DNA of 64,000 nt from Mobula hypostoma (Eukaryota), in assembly GCF_963921235.1 (NCBI RefSeq), contig NC_086109.1, forward strand, positions 36,272,001 to 36,336,000. The letters are read 5' to 3'. Every line of letters starts with the position of its first letter. Positions within the stretch are counted from its first letter, which is position 1. Position numbers and translations under genes: made by a program. Below the pieces are notes generated by a model. The model was not told the origin of the DNA, searched no databases, and saw only the letters and a list, made by a program, of their open reading frames with translations. Shown here piece after piece: positions 13,830-28,994 of this stretch.

Positions 13830-14280
13830 AGGAGGTTCTCAAGAATGCTCCTGGAAATGAAAGAGTTAATGTATCAGGAGTGTTCGATGTCTCTGGAGCA
13901 GTACTTGCTGGAGTTGAGAAGAATGAGGGTGAATCTCACTGAAACCTAATCAAATATTTAAAGACCTAGATAACGTGGACATGAAGAGGATGGGGAGTCT
14001 AGGACCAGAGTGCACAAAATCTAGAAAAGAAGGAGGTCCATTAGAACAGAAATGAGGAGGAATTTCTTTAGCCAGAGGGTGGTGGACCTATAGAAATCAT
14101 TGCCACAGAAGACTCTGGAGGCCAAAGTAATTGGTTATATTTGATATACTGATAGGTTCTTGATTAGTAAGGGCATCAAAGGTTATGGGGAGAAGGCAGG
14201 AGAATGGATTTGATAAATCAGCCATGATGGAATGGTGAAACAGACATGATGGCCTAATTCAACTCCAATGTGCTATGGAT
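13830..14280 (+). mobile_element. CR1 3' fragment
   Basis: Similar to the other CR1 3' ends in the window (gaggaggaatttctttagccagagggtgg...tcagccatgatggaatgg). Confidence 0.75.
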
Positions 14281-15394
14281 AGCATTGATAATATTATAGT
14301 CATGATTCTAATTTTGGATTGGTTGAATTATCTCTGTCCTAAGCAGATCAGATGGATATTTGACAGAGATAATGCCACCATTGTGTTCAATGAAATGGAT
14401 TTTAGAATCAGGGATACAACTCAGCAAAATTACTATGTTGTGTTTTAATGCTAGCGGGATAGAATGAATATGTCAGTACTTTTGTCTGAAGAAGTTGCTG
14501 AAATAATAAAGAATAAATATATTCTTCTAATAAATATCAACTCTCCATTTTACCTCTACAGAGGGCTGTCAGAACTCATTCCCTATGCTCTTTGCAGCCT
14601 TTGGCCACATGCATAGATAAGGAGGATGGGCTTAGCCAAATTGGCACACAGAGCACTGGAATTAACCTGAGATCTCTGTAACTCTAGCTCAGTTTTGACA
14701 AACTATGTGTGTACTTATTAGAAAATGAAAAAAAATCTTTAATAAAATCCTCCTCCGTACTTTTGCTAGGTGAAGTCCATCACAGATTCATTGCAAATAT
14801 AGTATGATTCAGCTTAGGGAAAAGTATAGCCTGCTCTGTAATGGCTAACAACTGAGATACACTGAATGAACAATGCCTTTCTGAATAATTGTTCATGAGT
14901 TACAGTGACTGATTTAGGAATGGAAGTCACTCTGTAATGAGGCATATTTTTTTAAGCTAGGAATTGATTATATATTGGAGACACTGTTTAATTTTAAAAA
15001 CTGAAATATGGCTATTTTCATAAAATAAATAGTATTGGTGATTAAAATAGAGCTCACATAATGTTATTGTTCAGCTGGTTAGATCAGGAAATACTTGGAA
15101 TTTGTTAAGCATAATGCCCACAAAATTTGACGTAAAATGTCCAGTGCTTGGATGGCAATGGGACTCATATTATATACATGCATACAATATTAGTAGAAAT
15201 TGATTCATTCACTTTATTGTGAAGTATTCAGGCAATATTGCTCTTATTGATCTTTGTGGTATGAAGGGCAAGAAGATTGCATCTCAAAAACTTTGATGCA
15301 CTGATTTGACATTATTGCTGCTGAATTGAACTGTCAAGTTTCTCCGACATGCATAAATGACTCTGCTTTTATTTGCAACAAAGAGTGGATATTG

Positions 15395-16200
15395 TGTACT
15401 GAGACTGTGAGGATGGACAGGCAGATGAAAGGACAAAATTACAGTCAGCGGGATGAGGTAAAGTGCAACATGGAGGCAAGATCAAAAAGGGTGATGAATA
15501 CAGGACTGAAGGTGTTATATTTGAATACACACAGTATATGGAATAAGGTAGATGTTCTTGTAGCACAGTTGGAGGGCAGGAATGACATTGTGGGCATCAT
15601 TGAGACTTGGTTGGAAGAAGATTATAGTTGGGAGCTTAACACCCAGGGGTACATCTTGCATTGAAACAGCAGGCAGGTAGCCATAGTGGGTGATGTGGCT
15701 CTGTTGATAAAAAATGAAATCAAATTCTTAGAAAGAGGTGACATAAGATTGGAAGATTTAGAATCCTAATGGGTAGAGCTAAGAAACTGCAAGGGTAAAA
15801 AGACCCTGATGGGAGTTGTCTACTGGCCCCTGAACAGTATGTGAGGTATAAATTTCAACAGAAAATAGAAAAGAACAATTTTAGGATAGGTATGGGGGAC
15901 TTCAATATGCAGGTAGATTAGGAAAATCAGGCTGATGCTGGATTCCAAGAGAGGGAAGTCCTAGGAAGCCTATGAGATGGGTTTTTAGAATAGCTTGTGG
16001 TTGAGCCCACAGCAGAAAGGCAATTCTGGATTGTGTGTTGTGTAATGAACTAGATTTAATTAGGGAACTTAAGGTAAAAGAACCCTTGGGAGACAGTAAT
16101 CATAATATGATATAATTTACTGTGCATTTTGATAGGGAGAAGATAAAAACAGATGATTCCATATTTCAGTGCAGTAAAGGGATTTGAGATACATGAGAGA
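15395..16200 (+). mobile_element. CR1 APE endonuclease fragment, interrupted by a Rex element
   Basis: KVLYLNTHSIWNKV...IVGIIETWL, GDFN and SNHNMI motifs; CR1-like sequence resumes at ~17385. Confidence 0.75.
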
Positions 16201-16204
16201 TTCA

Positions 16205-17385
16205 AAGGCAAATTAAAATTTCAAAGTCAAAGTAAAATTTATTATCAGGGTACATACATGTCACCACATACAATCCTTTTTCCTGCAGGCATACTTAGTA
16301 CAGTAACTGTAAACAGAATCAATGAAAAACAAACTGTGCAAGTGCAAATATAAATGAACAGCCACAAATAACTAAATGATGAAGTAACAAGATAAAGAGT
16401 CCTTAAATTGAGACCATCAGTTGTGGGAACACCGGAAACAGAAAGAAAGAAGTTCTCCTCTTTTGTTCAAGACCCTGATGGTTGAGAGATAATAACTGTT
16501 CTTGAACCTGATAGTGCGTCCTCAGGCACTTGTACTTTCTACCTGATGGCAGCTGAGAGAAAAGATCGTGGCCTGGGTGGTAAGGATCTCTGAAGATTGA
16601 TGCTGGTTTTCTACAGCAACATTCCGTGTAGATGTGCTCAATGGTTGGGAAGGCTTTACCCATGATGTACTGGGCTGAATCCACTACCTTTTGTAGGATT
16701 TTCGACTCAAAGACATTGGCGTTTCCATACTAGGCCATAATGCAGCCAGCCAGCATGCTTTCCAGCGCACATCTATAGAAGTTTGCCAACATTTTTGATG
16801 ATATACCAAATCTTCACAGACTCCTGAGGAAGTCAAGGTGCTGTTGTCCTTTCTTTGCAATTATATTTATATAATGGGTCCAAGACAGATCCTCTGAGAT
16901 GGTGACACCCAGGAATTTAAAGTTACTGATATTCCACCTCTGATTCTCCAATGAGTATTGGCTCAAGGACCTCTGGTTTCTCTCTCCTGAAGTCTACAAT
17001 TAGTTACTTGGTCTTATTAACATTAAGTGAAAGGTTATTGTTATCACACCACTCAGCCAAATTTTCAATCTCTCTCCTGTATGATGATGCATCACAACCT
17101 TTAATATAGCCCACAACAGTAGTGTCATCAGCAAACTTGTATAAGGTGTTGAAGCTGTACTTGGGTGGGCACACAGCCATAAATGTAAAGTGAGTAGAGC
17201 AAGTGACTAAGTACATATCCCTGTGGTGCTGGTAGAGATTGTGGGCAAGATGTTTTTGCCAATCCAATCTTACTGTGGTCTGCAAGTGAAGAAATCCATA
17301 ATGCAATCGCACAAGGGGGTATTGACACTCAAGTCTTGGAGTTGACTGATCAATTTTGAGGGAATGATAGTATTCATCCATTGTT
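16205..17385 (-). mobile_element. Rex1/Babar LINE RT + 3' end
   Basis: YKFADDTTVVGYIK...WCDNNNLSLNVNKTK and HPGHDLFSQLPSGRKY. Confidence 0.85.
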
Positions 17386-20154
17386 GCTGGCCAAATTCGC
17401 TTGGAATTGTACACTATCAGGGCTGATGGCTGGAGTCTCTGGGGGTAATTCAGAAGGCGCAGGATAGATACATCCTAAAAATGAAAAAGCATTCTTAAGG
17501 GAGGATGAGACAACCGTATGTGGCAAGGGAAGTCAAAAACAGCATAAAGATTAGGATAAATCTACTGAAGAAGGAAGTGAAAGATAAGCAATTGAAAATG
17601 GTCTACATCAGGAGATGCTATCCACCAGGATATCAAAAGAAATGTTCTCCTCTGTAGTATCTCAGCAAATAGTAGTGCACCATGTAATTCTGCTTCACAC
17701 AAGGAAACATGGCAACCACGTATAGAGCCATAGGCAAGGAGAAAATTAAATTGTCACTGGTTTTACTTCTAACTATGTACTTCATTGGGGATATCTTTTG
17801 TGCATTCAACATAAACTTTTTTTTAATCAACTTGCTGTCTTTTTGATTAGGAACTCCTTCACTCTATTCCTTGCTGAAGGCAAGTTTTTCTAGTAGTTGT
17901 CTAAATCAGATCCTGGTCCTCCATTTTCACTAGTTGCAGCTATCACGTGGGTTTGAATTTTTTAAGGGATTTACTTATCATTCTAATTTATTATAATGAA
18001 TAATTGAAATATTAATGCCTCACTTTAATGCTAACTGAAGTGTACAAGCACACATTTTGTTTTTCTCAGAAAGACATTTTACCACTTGTCATTTTTCACA
18101 GAGCTATGCAATAATGCCTTCATTTTTCACTAGGATTCACTTTGACATTCTTCTCCTTTAGATGGATTCATTGACCCATTATTTTTTGTAGCAATTTATC
18201 ACAGCTAATCATGCTCATCACCAAAGCAACTCAGAAGTTTCTTTTTCAAGCAGATTGATTATAAAATAAAAGTGTTTTCAACTTAACTCTACAGAACTGT
18301 CTTATCTTCCAAAGGAATTAAAGATTAACTTCCTTGACAGAGCTGTAAATAATCTAGGCGAATAACAACAGAGAGATTTGAACATTTTTTGTGTAGATTC
18401 AATTTTCTACAAGCAGGTTTGTTTATAAGCTGTGAAAATATTGGAGACTGGTTTGGAGCTATTTGACTGGGAGTTAACAATTTTCTGTCTGAGCAGCAGA
18501 TGTTCAGGTTACCTTTCAATTATTATGGGCAAACATTGCACTGTGGAACGGACCTGTCAAGTAGCTCACAGTAAGGTTGAAAGCCATGTTGGAATTAGAC
18601 ATTCTCTGAACAGGATGGGCAACTGAAGCATTATTTTATTTTAGCTAACTGGCAGTAACCATCATTAAACATATAAATGAAAAGTTTCCTGTGACCTCTC
18701 TGACACAGCACAATAACCACATTTTGTGATGTTGACTCAAAATAATTATCTAGCCTTCTAAAGTTGACTTTCAGGAATGTGAAAGGTAGTGATCCAAAAA
18801 TTGCAATTTACTCTCAGATTCCGACTCCTATATAGCTATTGCCATTTTCAAAGCAAATGGATGAAAAATATGTCCACCTTTTTCAGATGAGGAGTTGACG
18901 TAATGGGGTAATGGAGACCAAACTATTTATTCCATGCGCTGGGCAGCCTAATCAAACATTGTCTCAAGGCTCACCTAAGGCTACTCAGAATATATACCTT
19001 GAAACGTCTCGACACATACTCTTGAGGAGCATGGAAGCAGTTCAATCTGTCACTGGACATCTGGGACAACAACATGCTTTGGTTGTGGGCGTGGAGAAGG
19101 GTTCTATGGACTTCATGGGTTGATAACTTTAAAATAAAAACTCGGGAGAGTATGTTGCTGGTGAGGTGTGGATTACAAGTAGGCTAACTGATAGATGAAG
19201 ATTTTTATATTACCAAGAAGAAACTATAGTAATAAAAAGTGAAGCAATGTGTTTCCATCTTATGCATCAATACACTCAAGTTGAACCAAGGTCCTTCAAC
19301 AGAACTCAGAAAGCAACCTTTATGTTGTAGATCAGTTTCTGCCTAAAGTTTGATGAAACTCCAGCAACAATTTCAAGCTTTATTTCTTTCATTTTGATAC
19401 AGTTCTTCAACACATATAGATGCTTCTCAGGTTACAAATGACTTAATTCATGGAAGTCTGACTTTTTGCAAATTGTTCCACAATCTGTAAAGCATTTTGA
19501 AGATAGGTAATAATAATAATAAGAATAATAAGATATAATAATAAGAATAATAATGATATTGTTTAATAACATTTATTACAGACTGAATATAGCATACATT
19601 CCATTAGTTTAATTATGTGTAGTTTTAGTAAAATGAAAGGAAAATAGAACATGTATGTGGAGCATTATAATATGGGTTACCATAGTAACTGGTCATTTCT
19701 GACATAGAGAAAGTAGCTTATAGACAGCTCTTGGAGAATGAAGCTGGAGACTTACTGTACTGTACTCATTACCATACATTCATAGACATTGACAAATATT
19801 TGTTATGAAAACTGAAAAAGTAAATTGACTTCATCTAATTGATTAACATATTAGACATTTAACTTTATTTCACTTAGTCAACTGACATTTTCCAATCATT
19901 GCTTTTGATTGATACAGCCATTTGATTTGACTGCTCACATTTGCATCTTCAAGGGACTGTGCTACACTCATTTCACTGAGGCTTTTATATTCTGAATTAT
20001 CTGACATCTCACTGAGTAAGGTTTACCATCAATTGCCGAGAGAAAGAAAATCTATCTGTGTTATTGAACTTTGGCTGTAGAGAAGACTGATGATACCTTG
20101 CCTCATTGCAGCAAGTCATAGACAGATAGATTGATCCTAGGATAAACAATCAAG

Positions 20155-20545
20155 TTACAGGCAACTAAATGCTAAGTGGTAAGTAAGGACAAGGCACCGG
20201 ATAGATAGGGTGAGCTCGGATGTTCATGAAATGGAGGAGATTCGGCTGAAGGCAGCATCAGTAGTGGAGGGAGGGAAATCCTTTTCTTTGAAGGAGGACA
20301 TCTCTCTGTACTGGAATGGAAAGCTGTGTCCTAGGATCAGATATGGCAGAGGTGAAGAAACTGAGAATAGTAAATAGCATTTTTACAGAAGATAAGGTGA
20401 GGAGAGGTATAGTCAAGATAACTGTGAGAACCAGTAGCTTTATAAAAGATGTCAGTTGACAGTTTGTCTCTGGAGCTGGAGACAGAGGGATCGAAAAAGG
20501 GGAGGGAGGTGTCAGAAAAGAACCAGCTGAATGTAAGGGCAGAGT
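20155..20545 (-). mobile_element. Penelope-like element RT C-terminal fragment
   Basis: LPFFD.SVS...LSTDIFYKATGSHSYLDYTSPH...KNAIYYSQFL. Confidence 0.8.
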
Positions 20546-21291
20546 GCAAGCATTTCCTAGTATTGGTGGTTATCTGATATTCATAAATCATACAGCAATA
20601 AAAATACTCAGCAGCCCTCACAGTATTCAACATACGTAAAGTAAGGCAGCATTGAAAATTAAACTTCCTTCTCCAGCAAAAATAAAATTTACATTTAAAT
20701 TCTAATAATATTTGAAAGTTTTGTATTATTTTTGCTACAAATTTTATTTGGAGTAACAATGTTCATTCTTCAAGTTTATATTTTTTTGCTCTGTATTATT
20801 ACTCATGCCTGCTCCATAGCTTTTGGCTAAATTTGCCATGACATACCATTAACTTTGGGTCACCATTGATGCTTGCAATGCAGTAGTCTCTAACCTTTAC
20901 TTCCATCATTCAAAATATTTTGAAGCCCTTTCATCCAGAAAATCAAATTCATTTATAGCTAGACTTCAGGCTATTGAACACTTATTTTCAGGTGCATTTA
21001 CAGTTTGCAGCCCATTACTGAATTTACCGTGGCCTAATATTAATTCTGACTTGACTGATTGTACTGATTCATTGCATCGGTAAGTCATAATACTCTGGAA
21101 CTTCTGATTGCAATAGCAGTGAAATCATCAATATTCACCATCACCACCATGTAATATTAAGACCATATTCTAGTATTCATATCTAGCAGAAGTACAGAAG
21201 ATAATCTCATTCATATCTTGCACCTTCATAGAGGTTGTTTTACAATCTTCACAATGCATTCATCAGAATCAGTGACTTGACATAGACTTAC

Positions 21292-21348
21292 CCTTTTAAT
21301 ACTTTTTCATGATTAAAAACAAAAATACTTGGCGTGTTGAACCTTGAT
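21292..21348 (-). CDS. Candidate internal exon (57 nt)
   Basis: aatag| ... AAGG|gtaagt; the only open frame is (R)SRFNTPSIFVFNHEKVLK(G), phase 2 -> 2, compatible with the flanking candidate exons. The acceptor pyrimidine tract is weak. Confidence 0.4.
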
Positions 21349-22489
21349 CTATTTTTAAACAACTGAGTCATGGTCTTGTAAGCGTTTAGTATTATTACCA
21401 CAAAATAATAATATCTCCATTGTTTTAATATTTTTCTGTATTTTTGGTTTGTGATATTTTTGTACCTAACATAATAACTGTATACATTTACTAATATTGC
21501 AATTTTTTTAATGGAATAAAAATCTGTTGCTTTTCTTTTATGTACGTACAGTATATGTTTACTGTGAGAATTCATCAATCTGATTGATTGCTTTGTCTAC
21601 TTGATGATTTCACTGATCATTGACAACAAAGTTCCTTGAAAAATGGGTTCATACCGAAAGAAATACCAGACAAGAGGAAATCCTTGTCAGAGAGCTGGCT
21701 GAATTGTTGTGGACATTTTGTTTCGGTGGCAGGCTTTGAGCACTAATATATTAAATGAAAAATCCATTCTAGTGCTTCAATGTGCTCCAGTGAATAACTT
21801 ACAAAACAATGATGCCATTTTGAAAATAAATAAAGCCAGACAGCAGAACTTTTCACATTAATGCCAACATTTATTCTGTGGAATCTTACAGATAAATGTA
21901 CAATACATAGTTCAGAATTTAACCTTTACAGATGTTAAATCTCTGAATAGGATAATTGATTTTAGCATATTGGCCACACATTTATAGATATTCAACCTTA
22001 CTGGACTGCAAAGTCAGAATAGTTTAAAAAGGGACATTGAAGCTGTATAGTATTCTTGTCAGGTGATTTCTTCAAGCCATCTGGCTAAGTTCTGGATACT
22101 GTGATGTGCATTCAACCATGAAGATGAATCTGAAAAAATAATTAAATCAGATCTCCAGAGCAATGTATTATATTTTGGGAAACTGATTTCAAACAAAACC
22201 ATAACAGCAGGCTAGAAGATCACAGACGAAGAATACTCAAAGAAGTTTGATGTTAGGAACTCATTTTTCATATAAAAACCCCATTTAGAGTAAAGAATGT
22301 AAAAACCCTGAACACATTATATATCATGACAGATTTGGCACCTTCTGTTAGTAAGGTGTCAGACTTAACTATAGATATGAATGTATGAAGATGGCCAAGA
22401 AAATGAGTGAAAAGTAAATATGGACCATTTAAAATATTAAATGAATACAAGGGATAATTAAAGAGAATTAAAAACAGCAAGAGAACATT

Positions 22490-24650
22490 ATAAGACCATA
22501 AGATATAAGACCACAGTTAGGCCATTTGGCCCATCGAGTCCAGCATTTCATCATGGCTGATCCAATTTTCCACTTAGCCCAATCTCCTGCTGTCTCTCCA
22601 TAGCCTTTTATGCCCTGACCAATCAAGAATCCATCAACTTCTGCCTTAAATACATGAAAAGGCTTGGCCTCTACAGCTGCCTGTGTGACAATGAATTCCA
22701 CAGATTCGCCACCCTCTGGCTAAAGAAGTACCTCACCATCTCTGCTCTGTAAGGACATCCCTCTGTTCTGAGGCTGTGTCCTCAGTTTTAGACTTTCACA
22801 CCTTAGGAAACAGCCTCTCCACATCCACTCTATCAAGGCCTTTCATGATTCAATAGATTTCAATGACGTCACCCTTCATTCTTCTAAATTCTAGTGAATA
22901 CAGGTGCAGAGCAATCAGACGCTCTTCATATGGCAAGCTATTCAATCCTGATATCGTTCTTGTGAAACTCCTGTGAACCCTCTCCAGTTTCAGCACCTTC
23001 TTTCTAAGACAAGAGTCTCAAACTTGCTCACAATACTTCAAGTGAGGCCTCACCAGTGCTTTATAAAGTTTCAACATTACACCCTTGCTTTTATATTCTA
23101 GTCCTCTTGAAATGAATGCTAACATTACATTTGCTTTCCTCGCTACAGACTCAACCTTCAAATTAATCTTCAGGTAATCCTGCACAAGGACTCACAAGTC
23201 TCCCTGCATCTTACTTTTTGGATTTTCTCTCAATTTAGAAGATAGTCAAACCTTTCATTTCTTCTTCCAAATTTCATGAGCATACACTTCCCAGCACTGT
23301 ATTCCATCTGCTGTATTCTGTATTCTGTATTCTATATTCCACTGTATTGTTTGCTTATTCTCCTAATCTGTCTAAGCCCTTCTGTATCTTCTCTACTTCC
23401 TCAAAACTACTTGCACCTCCACCTATCTTTGTATCATTTCCAAACTTCATAATAAAGCCAGCAATTTCGTCATCCAAATCATTGACACACAACATAAAGA
23501 AAATTGGTCCCAATTTAGACTCCTGTGGAACACCACTGGTCAGCAGCAATCAATCAAAAACGGCTCCCTTTATTCCCACTCTTTGCCCCCTGCCAATCAG
23601 CCACTGTTTTATCCACGCTAGAATCTTTCCTATAATGCCATGGGCTCAAATCTTTTTAAACAGCCTCATGTGTAGCCCTTATCAAAGACCTTCTGAAAAT
23701 TCAAGTACACAACATCAACCAATTCTCCTTTGTCTATCCTGCTTGTTAATTCATCAAAGAATTTCAATGGATTTATTAAGCCAGATTTTCCTCTTGAGGA
23801 AACCATGCTGACTATGGCCTATTTTATCTTTACTATATGCTCTCTCGTTGGCTTTGATTTCTCTTGTTAGCCATGATTGTGTCATCTTTCCTTTAATATA
23901 CTTCTTCCTCTTTGGAATTTATATATCCCGTGCCTTCTGAATTGCTTCCAGAAGTTCCAAATATTGCTGTTCTGTCACCATTCCTGCTTGTGTTCTTTTT
24001 CAATCTACTTTTGACATTTCGTCTCTTATGCTTCTGTAATTTCTTTACTCCACTCTAATACTGATATACCTGACTTTAGCTTCTCCTTCTCTAATTGCAG
24101 GGAGAATTCGATAATATTATGATCATTTTCCCCTAAAGGTACGTTCACCTTAAGCTCTCCAATCCATTCTGGTTCATTGCACAGCACCCAATCCAGAACA
24201 GCTATCCTCTGGCAGGCTCAATCATGAGCTGCTCTAAAAAGCCATCTGATAGGCACTCTAGAAATTCCCCTTCCTCCCTTCCTGTAATCCAACACTAACC
24301 TGATTTTCCCAATCTACCTGCATATTGAAGTCCCCAGTGATTATCGTAATATTGCCCTTTTGGCATACATTTTCTATCACCCACAGTTATCTGCAGGCCA
24401 CATCCTTACTACTGTTTGGAAATCTGTATACAACTCCCATGTTTATCCTTGCAGTTCCTTAGCTCTATCCAAAATGATTCAACATGTTCCGACCCTATGT
24501 CACCACTGTCTAATGATTTGATTTCATTTTTTCCAACAGAGCAACACTGCCCCCTCTACCTTCCTGCCTGTCCTTTTGATACAATGTGTACCCTTGGACC
24601 TTAAGCTTCCAGCTATAATCTTCCTTCAGCCACTTTTCAGTGATGTCTAC
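22490..24650 (-). mobile_element. CR1 LINE (APE remnant, RT, 3' end), degenerate
   Basis: SGVPQESKLGPIFF..VNDLD...KFGNDTKIGG; CR1-type 3' tail (ttatgg/ttat repeats) at ~22490. Confidence 0.85.
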
Positions 24651-24697
24651 ATCATACTCGCAAATTTGCAGCTGTACAATGTTTCAGTTATAAAGGA

Positions 24698-24913
24698 TGC
24701 TATGTTTTGTAACTTCAGAACACTAAACTAATTCAAAGGAAGACACAGGAGACAAAAAATCGGAGTCAACTTCATTTTTTACCTTAAACGAGGTGCACAC
24801 TTATCACATGGTATACATATAACTCATAATGAATTATTTTAATGAAAAATACTTAATCAACCAGTATATATACAAAATTACTCAAATATTACTGTAATAT
24901 TAAATACACAATA
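24698..24913 (-). mobile_element. Short solo LTR with a 5-bp TSD
   Basis: Begins with TG and ends caata (probably a mutated caaca); AAGGA at 24693-24697 and 24914-24918. Confidence 0.5.
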
Positions 24914-25049
24914 AAGGACATGGATGATATCTGTCAACTGCATTGATTTCCAAATTTAAAGAAGGTCATATAGTACGTGTTGGAAGAAGTTCAAAAATGA
25001 TTTTCTATACTGATACCTGATGAAAGGATAAAATTATGGACAACTATAT

Positions 25050-26150
25050 CACAGAAACAATCTCGTCATCCATTCTACTCCATGCCAAGCTATTATTCTG
25101 CCTATTCTCATCAACCTACAGCTGAAGTATAGCCCCCCATCCAAGCTTATGTTAAATATTGAAGAGAAACCTGCATTCGTCATTTCTGTTGGTAACTCAA
25201 TTCACAATCTCACCAACCTCTGAGTGAAGAGGTTCCCCCTCCTTTTGCCCTTAAACATTTTATTTTTCACCCTCACACATGACCTATAGTCTAGTCTCAC
25301 CCAACTTCAGTGAAAAAAGCCCGCTAGCATTTATCCTATCTATACCACTCATAATTTTATATACCTCTACCAAATCTCCCCTCATTCCCCTACTCTCCAG
25401 GAATACAGTCTGAACAATTCAGCCTTTCTCTATAACTCAGATCCCTAATTCCCAGCAACATCTTTGTAAATTTTCTCTGTAACTCTTTTAATCTCAGCGA
25501 TATCTTTCCTGTACTGTAGGTAAGCCACCAGAACTGTATTGGATACTCCAAATGACACCTCACCAACATCTCTTACAACTTCAACTTAATATCCTGTACT
25601 CAATAATTTGACTTATGGAGACTAATGTGCCAAAAGCTCTCTTTACGATCTTATCTACCTGTGACGCCACTTTCAAGGAATTATTTATCTGTATTTCCAG
25701 ATCCCTCTGTTCTACCACCCTCCTCAGTGCCCTACGCTTGTGTATAACCTACCCTTGTTTGCCCTCCCAAAGTGTAACACCTCACACTTGTCTGCATTAA
25801 ATTTCACTGCCATTTTTAACCCATTTCTTCCAACTGTTCCAGAACACACTCTTAGCTTTGATAGCCTTCCTTGTTGTCCAGTCTTGGTGTCATCCACAAA
25901 TTTGTTGATCCAGTTTAATCCATTATCATCCAAATCATTGATATAAATTCAAAACAACAACAGACACAACACCAATTACTTCAATGCACCACTAGTCACA
26001 GGCTTCCAGTCAGGGAGGCAACTACCTACTACCACTCTCTGGCTTTTCCCGTGAGGCCAATATTGAATCCAGTTTACTACCTCAACCTGAATGCCAAGTG
26101 ACAGGACCTTCTTGACCAAATTCCTATGTGGGATCTTGCCAAAGGCCTTG
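25050..26150 (-). mobile_element. CR1 LINE RT/3' fragment
   Basis: WINKFVDDTK...KFNADKCEVLHFGRAN. Confidence 0.8.
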
Positions 26151-28994
26151 CAAAAGATAGAATCGGTTAGATATGTGTCAGCTGGAGTTTAGAAGAATAA
26201 AATATCTCTTGATTGTAATATAGAAAATAAGATGGTTGCATTGGATCCAATCCTGCCCCATTAACTGATCAACCAAAAGACCTTGCTTACAATTTATCCC
26301 ACACCCTTTTTCTTTTCATTAGGAGAGGAAGTCCAATTTTCATTGTTGCCTTTTTAAAAACATCATCATTAAATCATTTGTGTTTTATACTCTAAGAACA
26401 TTTGTTTTTAACTTATTTTACATATTTAGTTTTTGTTGCTCTCAAGCTGTGGTCAGCTGAGGGGGAGAGATAAACTTTCCCAATAAAGAAAGTCAAGTCT
26501 GCTGATTCACTGATAGCTGGATTCTGATGACTTTGGCTCAAGACATGAGAGATGCTGGAATCTGGAGGAACACAGAAAACAATGGAGGAATTCAGCAGGT
26601 TAGGCGATATCTTTGGAGGGAAGTGGACAAGCCAGCATTTTGGGCCAAAGTCTGTCACTTGGACCAGTCAAAATGCCTCATTCTGAAATGTCAACTATTT
26701 TCTTTCACAGATACAGCTTGACCACGTTAGCCCAAGATGTTTTGGTTGTGCAGCGTTTCCATTACCTTTGCCAATCAACCCTTGTGTTGCCATAGCATGT
26801 GTGGTGATTAGCACAGAGATATACTGTAGATCAGACGTGAGACATTCCTGTGAAGAAGAACTTTGGACTCTATAGGGTAAGAGGACAATTCATGTATAAG
26901 CACAAACTATTAACCCATGCACACAAAGAACCAGCAGCAGAAAGTACCTGCTTTATCCAGTTAGTCAATAAAAGATGGGTGATTCTTTTTAGTTATTAAA
27001 CTTCATGCAGTAACAGTTCTACCAGTTTGGTGACAGACTTGTTTGTATAGGATAAGGAAAGAGTCGTATGATCTTCAGTGGACAGCACATCTGCAGAATA
27101 TCCATTAGACTATAAGACCATAAGACCCAGGAGCAGAATTTAGCCCATCCTTTTTTGGATACATACTCACCATTACAGGAAGATGCTAGCCTAAACACCC
27201 TCTGTGTTGGTGCAATGGAGATAATGCTTCTATCTTAAAGATAGCAGTAACGATAGTACCAAGAGGCTTCCAATGATGATGTCTGAGCATTCCATGACCT
27301 AGTTAGAGCAGCTGCACACCTAAATAATGAGAGCTGATCATAGGATTGTATGGAATAAGAATGTATTTTCTAACCACAACCATCATTCTGGTGATAACTC
27401 AGTTATATACCCATTGTTTTGTACTGAGGAAAGTAACTAAATATTAACGTATCTGAACATCTGTTTAATATAAATTTGGAATAAAACATCAGTAATTTTG
27501 GATATACCATTGACTTACTAGAACCTGAATTCCAGAATTAGCATGCATTGCGGGAACTAAATGAAGGCATCATGACATGGAGAGTGCAATACAAAACACT
27601 AGTATTATTTCACAGCTGGAGCAGTGATGTAGTTGAGATACACCCGTGGATAAGACTTGTGATGCATGATTCAATTGTTTATTATCATCTGTTTGCTATA
27701 CAAAACAATAATTAAGCTGTTTGAATAATTAAGATGTTCCCTATGTTTGTGCATTCAGTCCAGCAACACAGACAACACACAAACCATTTCATTATCTCCA
27801 ACTTTCGTTTGAAAGCTTTTCTCTTATGGCCCTTTTCTGATTCATTCAGGACACTCTGACTATATGGAATCACCATCTTCAAAGACACACACTAGCTCTC
27901 CTTTCACTTCTGCTTGAAGGCATCCCTAAAGTCCCACTTGTCTTACTTTGTGCAGTGCTTTCCTCTAGATTAGGTTCTGCCCTCTTTATACTGCACTCTG
28001 TGCTGTTGTTCATCACAAGCACACATGATAATTCATGGGTTTTTCTAAAGTCACATCAGCTGATCCTTCTTCCCATTCCACTCCAGTCTGCTCGTCTTCC
28101 TGGACCTCTGGAGGTGGAGCCAGCTCATTTTCAGTACACCTGCATTTATAAGAAGAAAACAATACTAAAGCACTCCACTGTGCAGTTGCTTTGTGAGAGG
28201 CACACAGCCCACATTTCAGACCATGGAACCACCCCAATAAGGGAAATAATGATCTTACATAAATACAAAACCATGACAGATATATTTCAAGCCTATTCAG
28301 TGATGTTGGGACATGAAGCTTGGGTAGCCAAACAGCCTTGAGGAGGAAAATTCACCCCATTCATCCAGGCTGCTCAGATTTCTAAACCCACGGTCTCAAC
28401 TTCTGTCTACATTAGCAAGCAGCGTTTCATGTAAACTTGGCCTACCCATTAGAACCAAATTGGACATGTAAACCAATGTCATTATTGCCCTGTTGATTTA
28501 TAGTCTGTATGTCAGTGAGTGTGCTGTAAGGAGGAGGAAGATTGTGAAAATCAGGCACCTGTTCTAGGAATATTAGGGAAGAAGGGTAGAAAGGAGTGAA
28601 TATCATGGAATATTAGCTGGTGACTAAGTGATTACACAGTTTGTCAGTGGCCGGTTCATGGTGTAGCAATCTCACTTTTATTTATTTTTCCTGAGGTCAG
28701 AATCCTTCTTTCTACACTTTTCCATTTCCTGTACCTTGTTAAGTTAACACCAGAAGCTCTTCTAGCACAAAGAACCTTCGATCTGTTTAGTGGATTCTTA
28801 ACTTCAATCTAAGTCCACTACTGATTGCACAGACTGAGAGACTGAGACATGAAGAGCTCAAAGAAAGTGCATATGATTATTCAAACATTCATAGGCTGCT
28901 TCTCTGAAGTTTCCAGTGAATGTAAGTGCAAACAGAAAACATTTAGTCACAAAGCACCTTAAAGAGACTGATAGTCATAACGTAAAAATCATTG

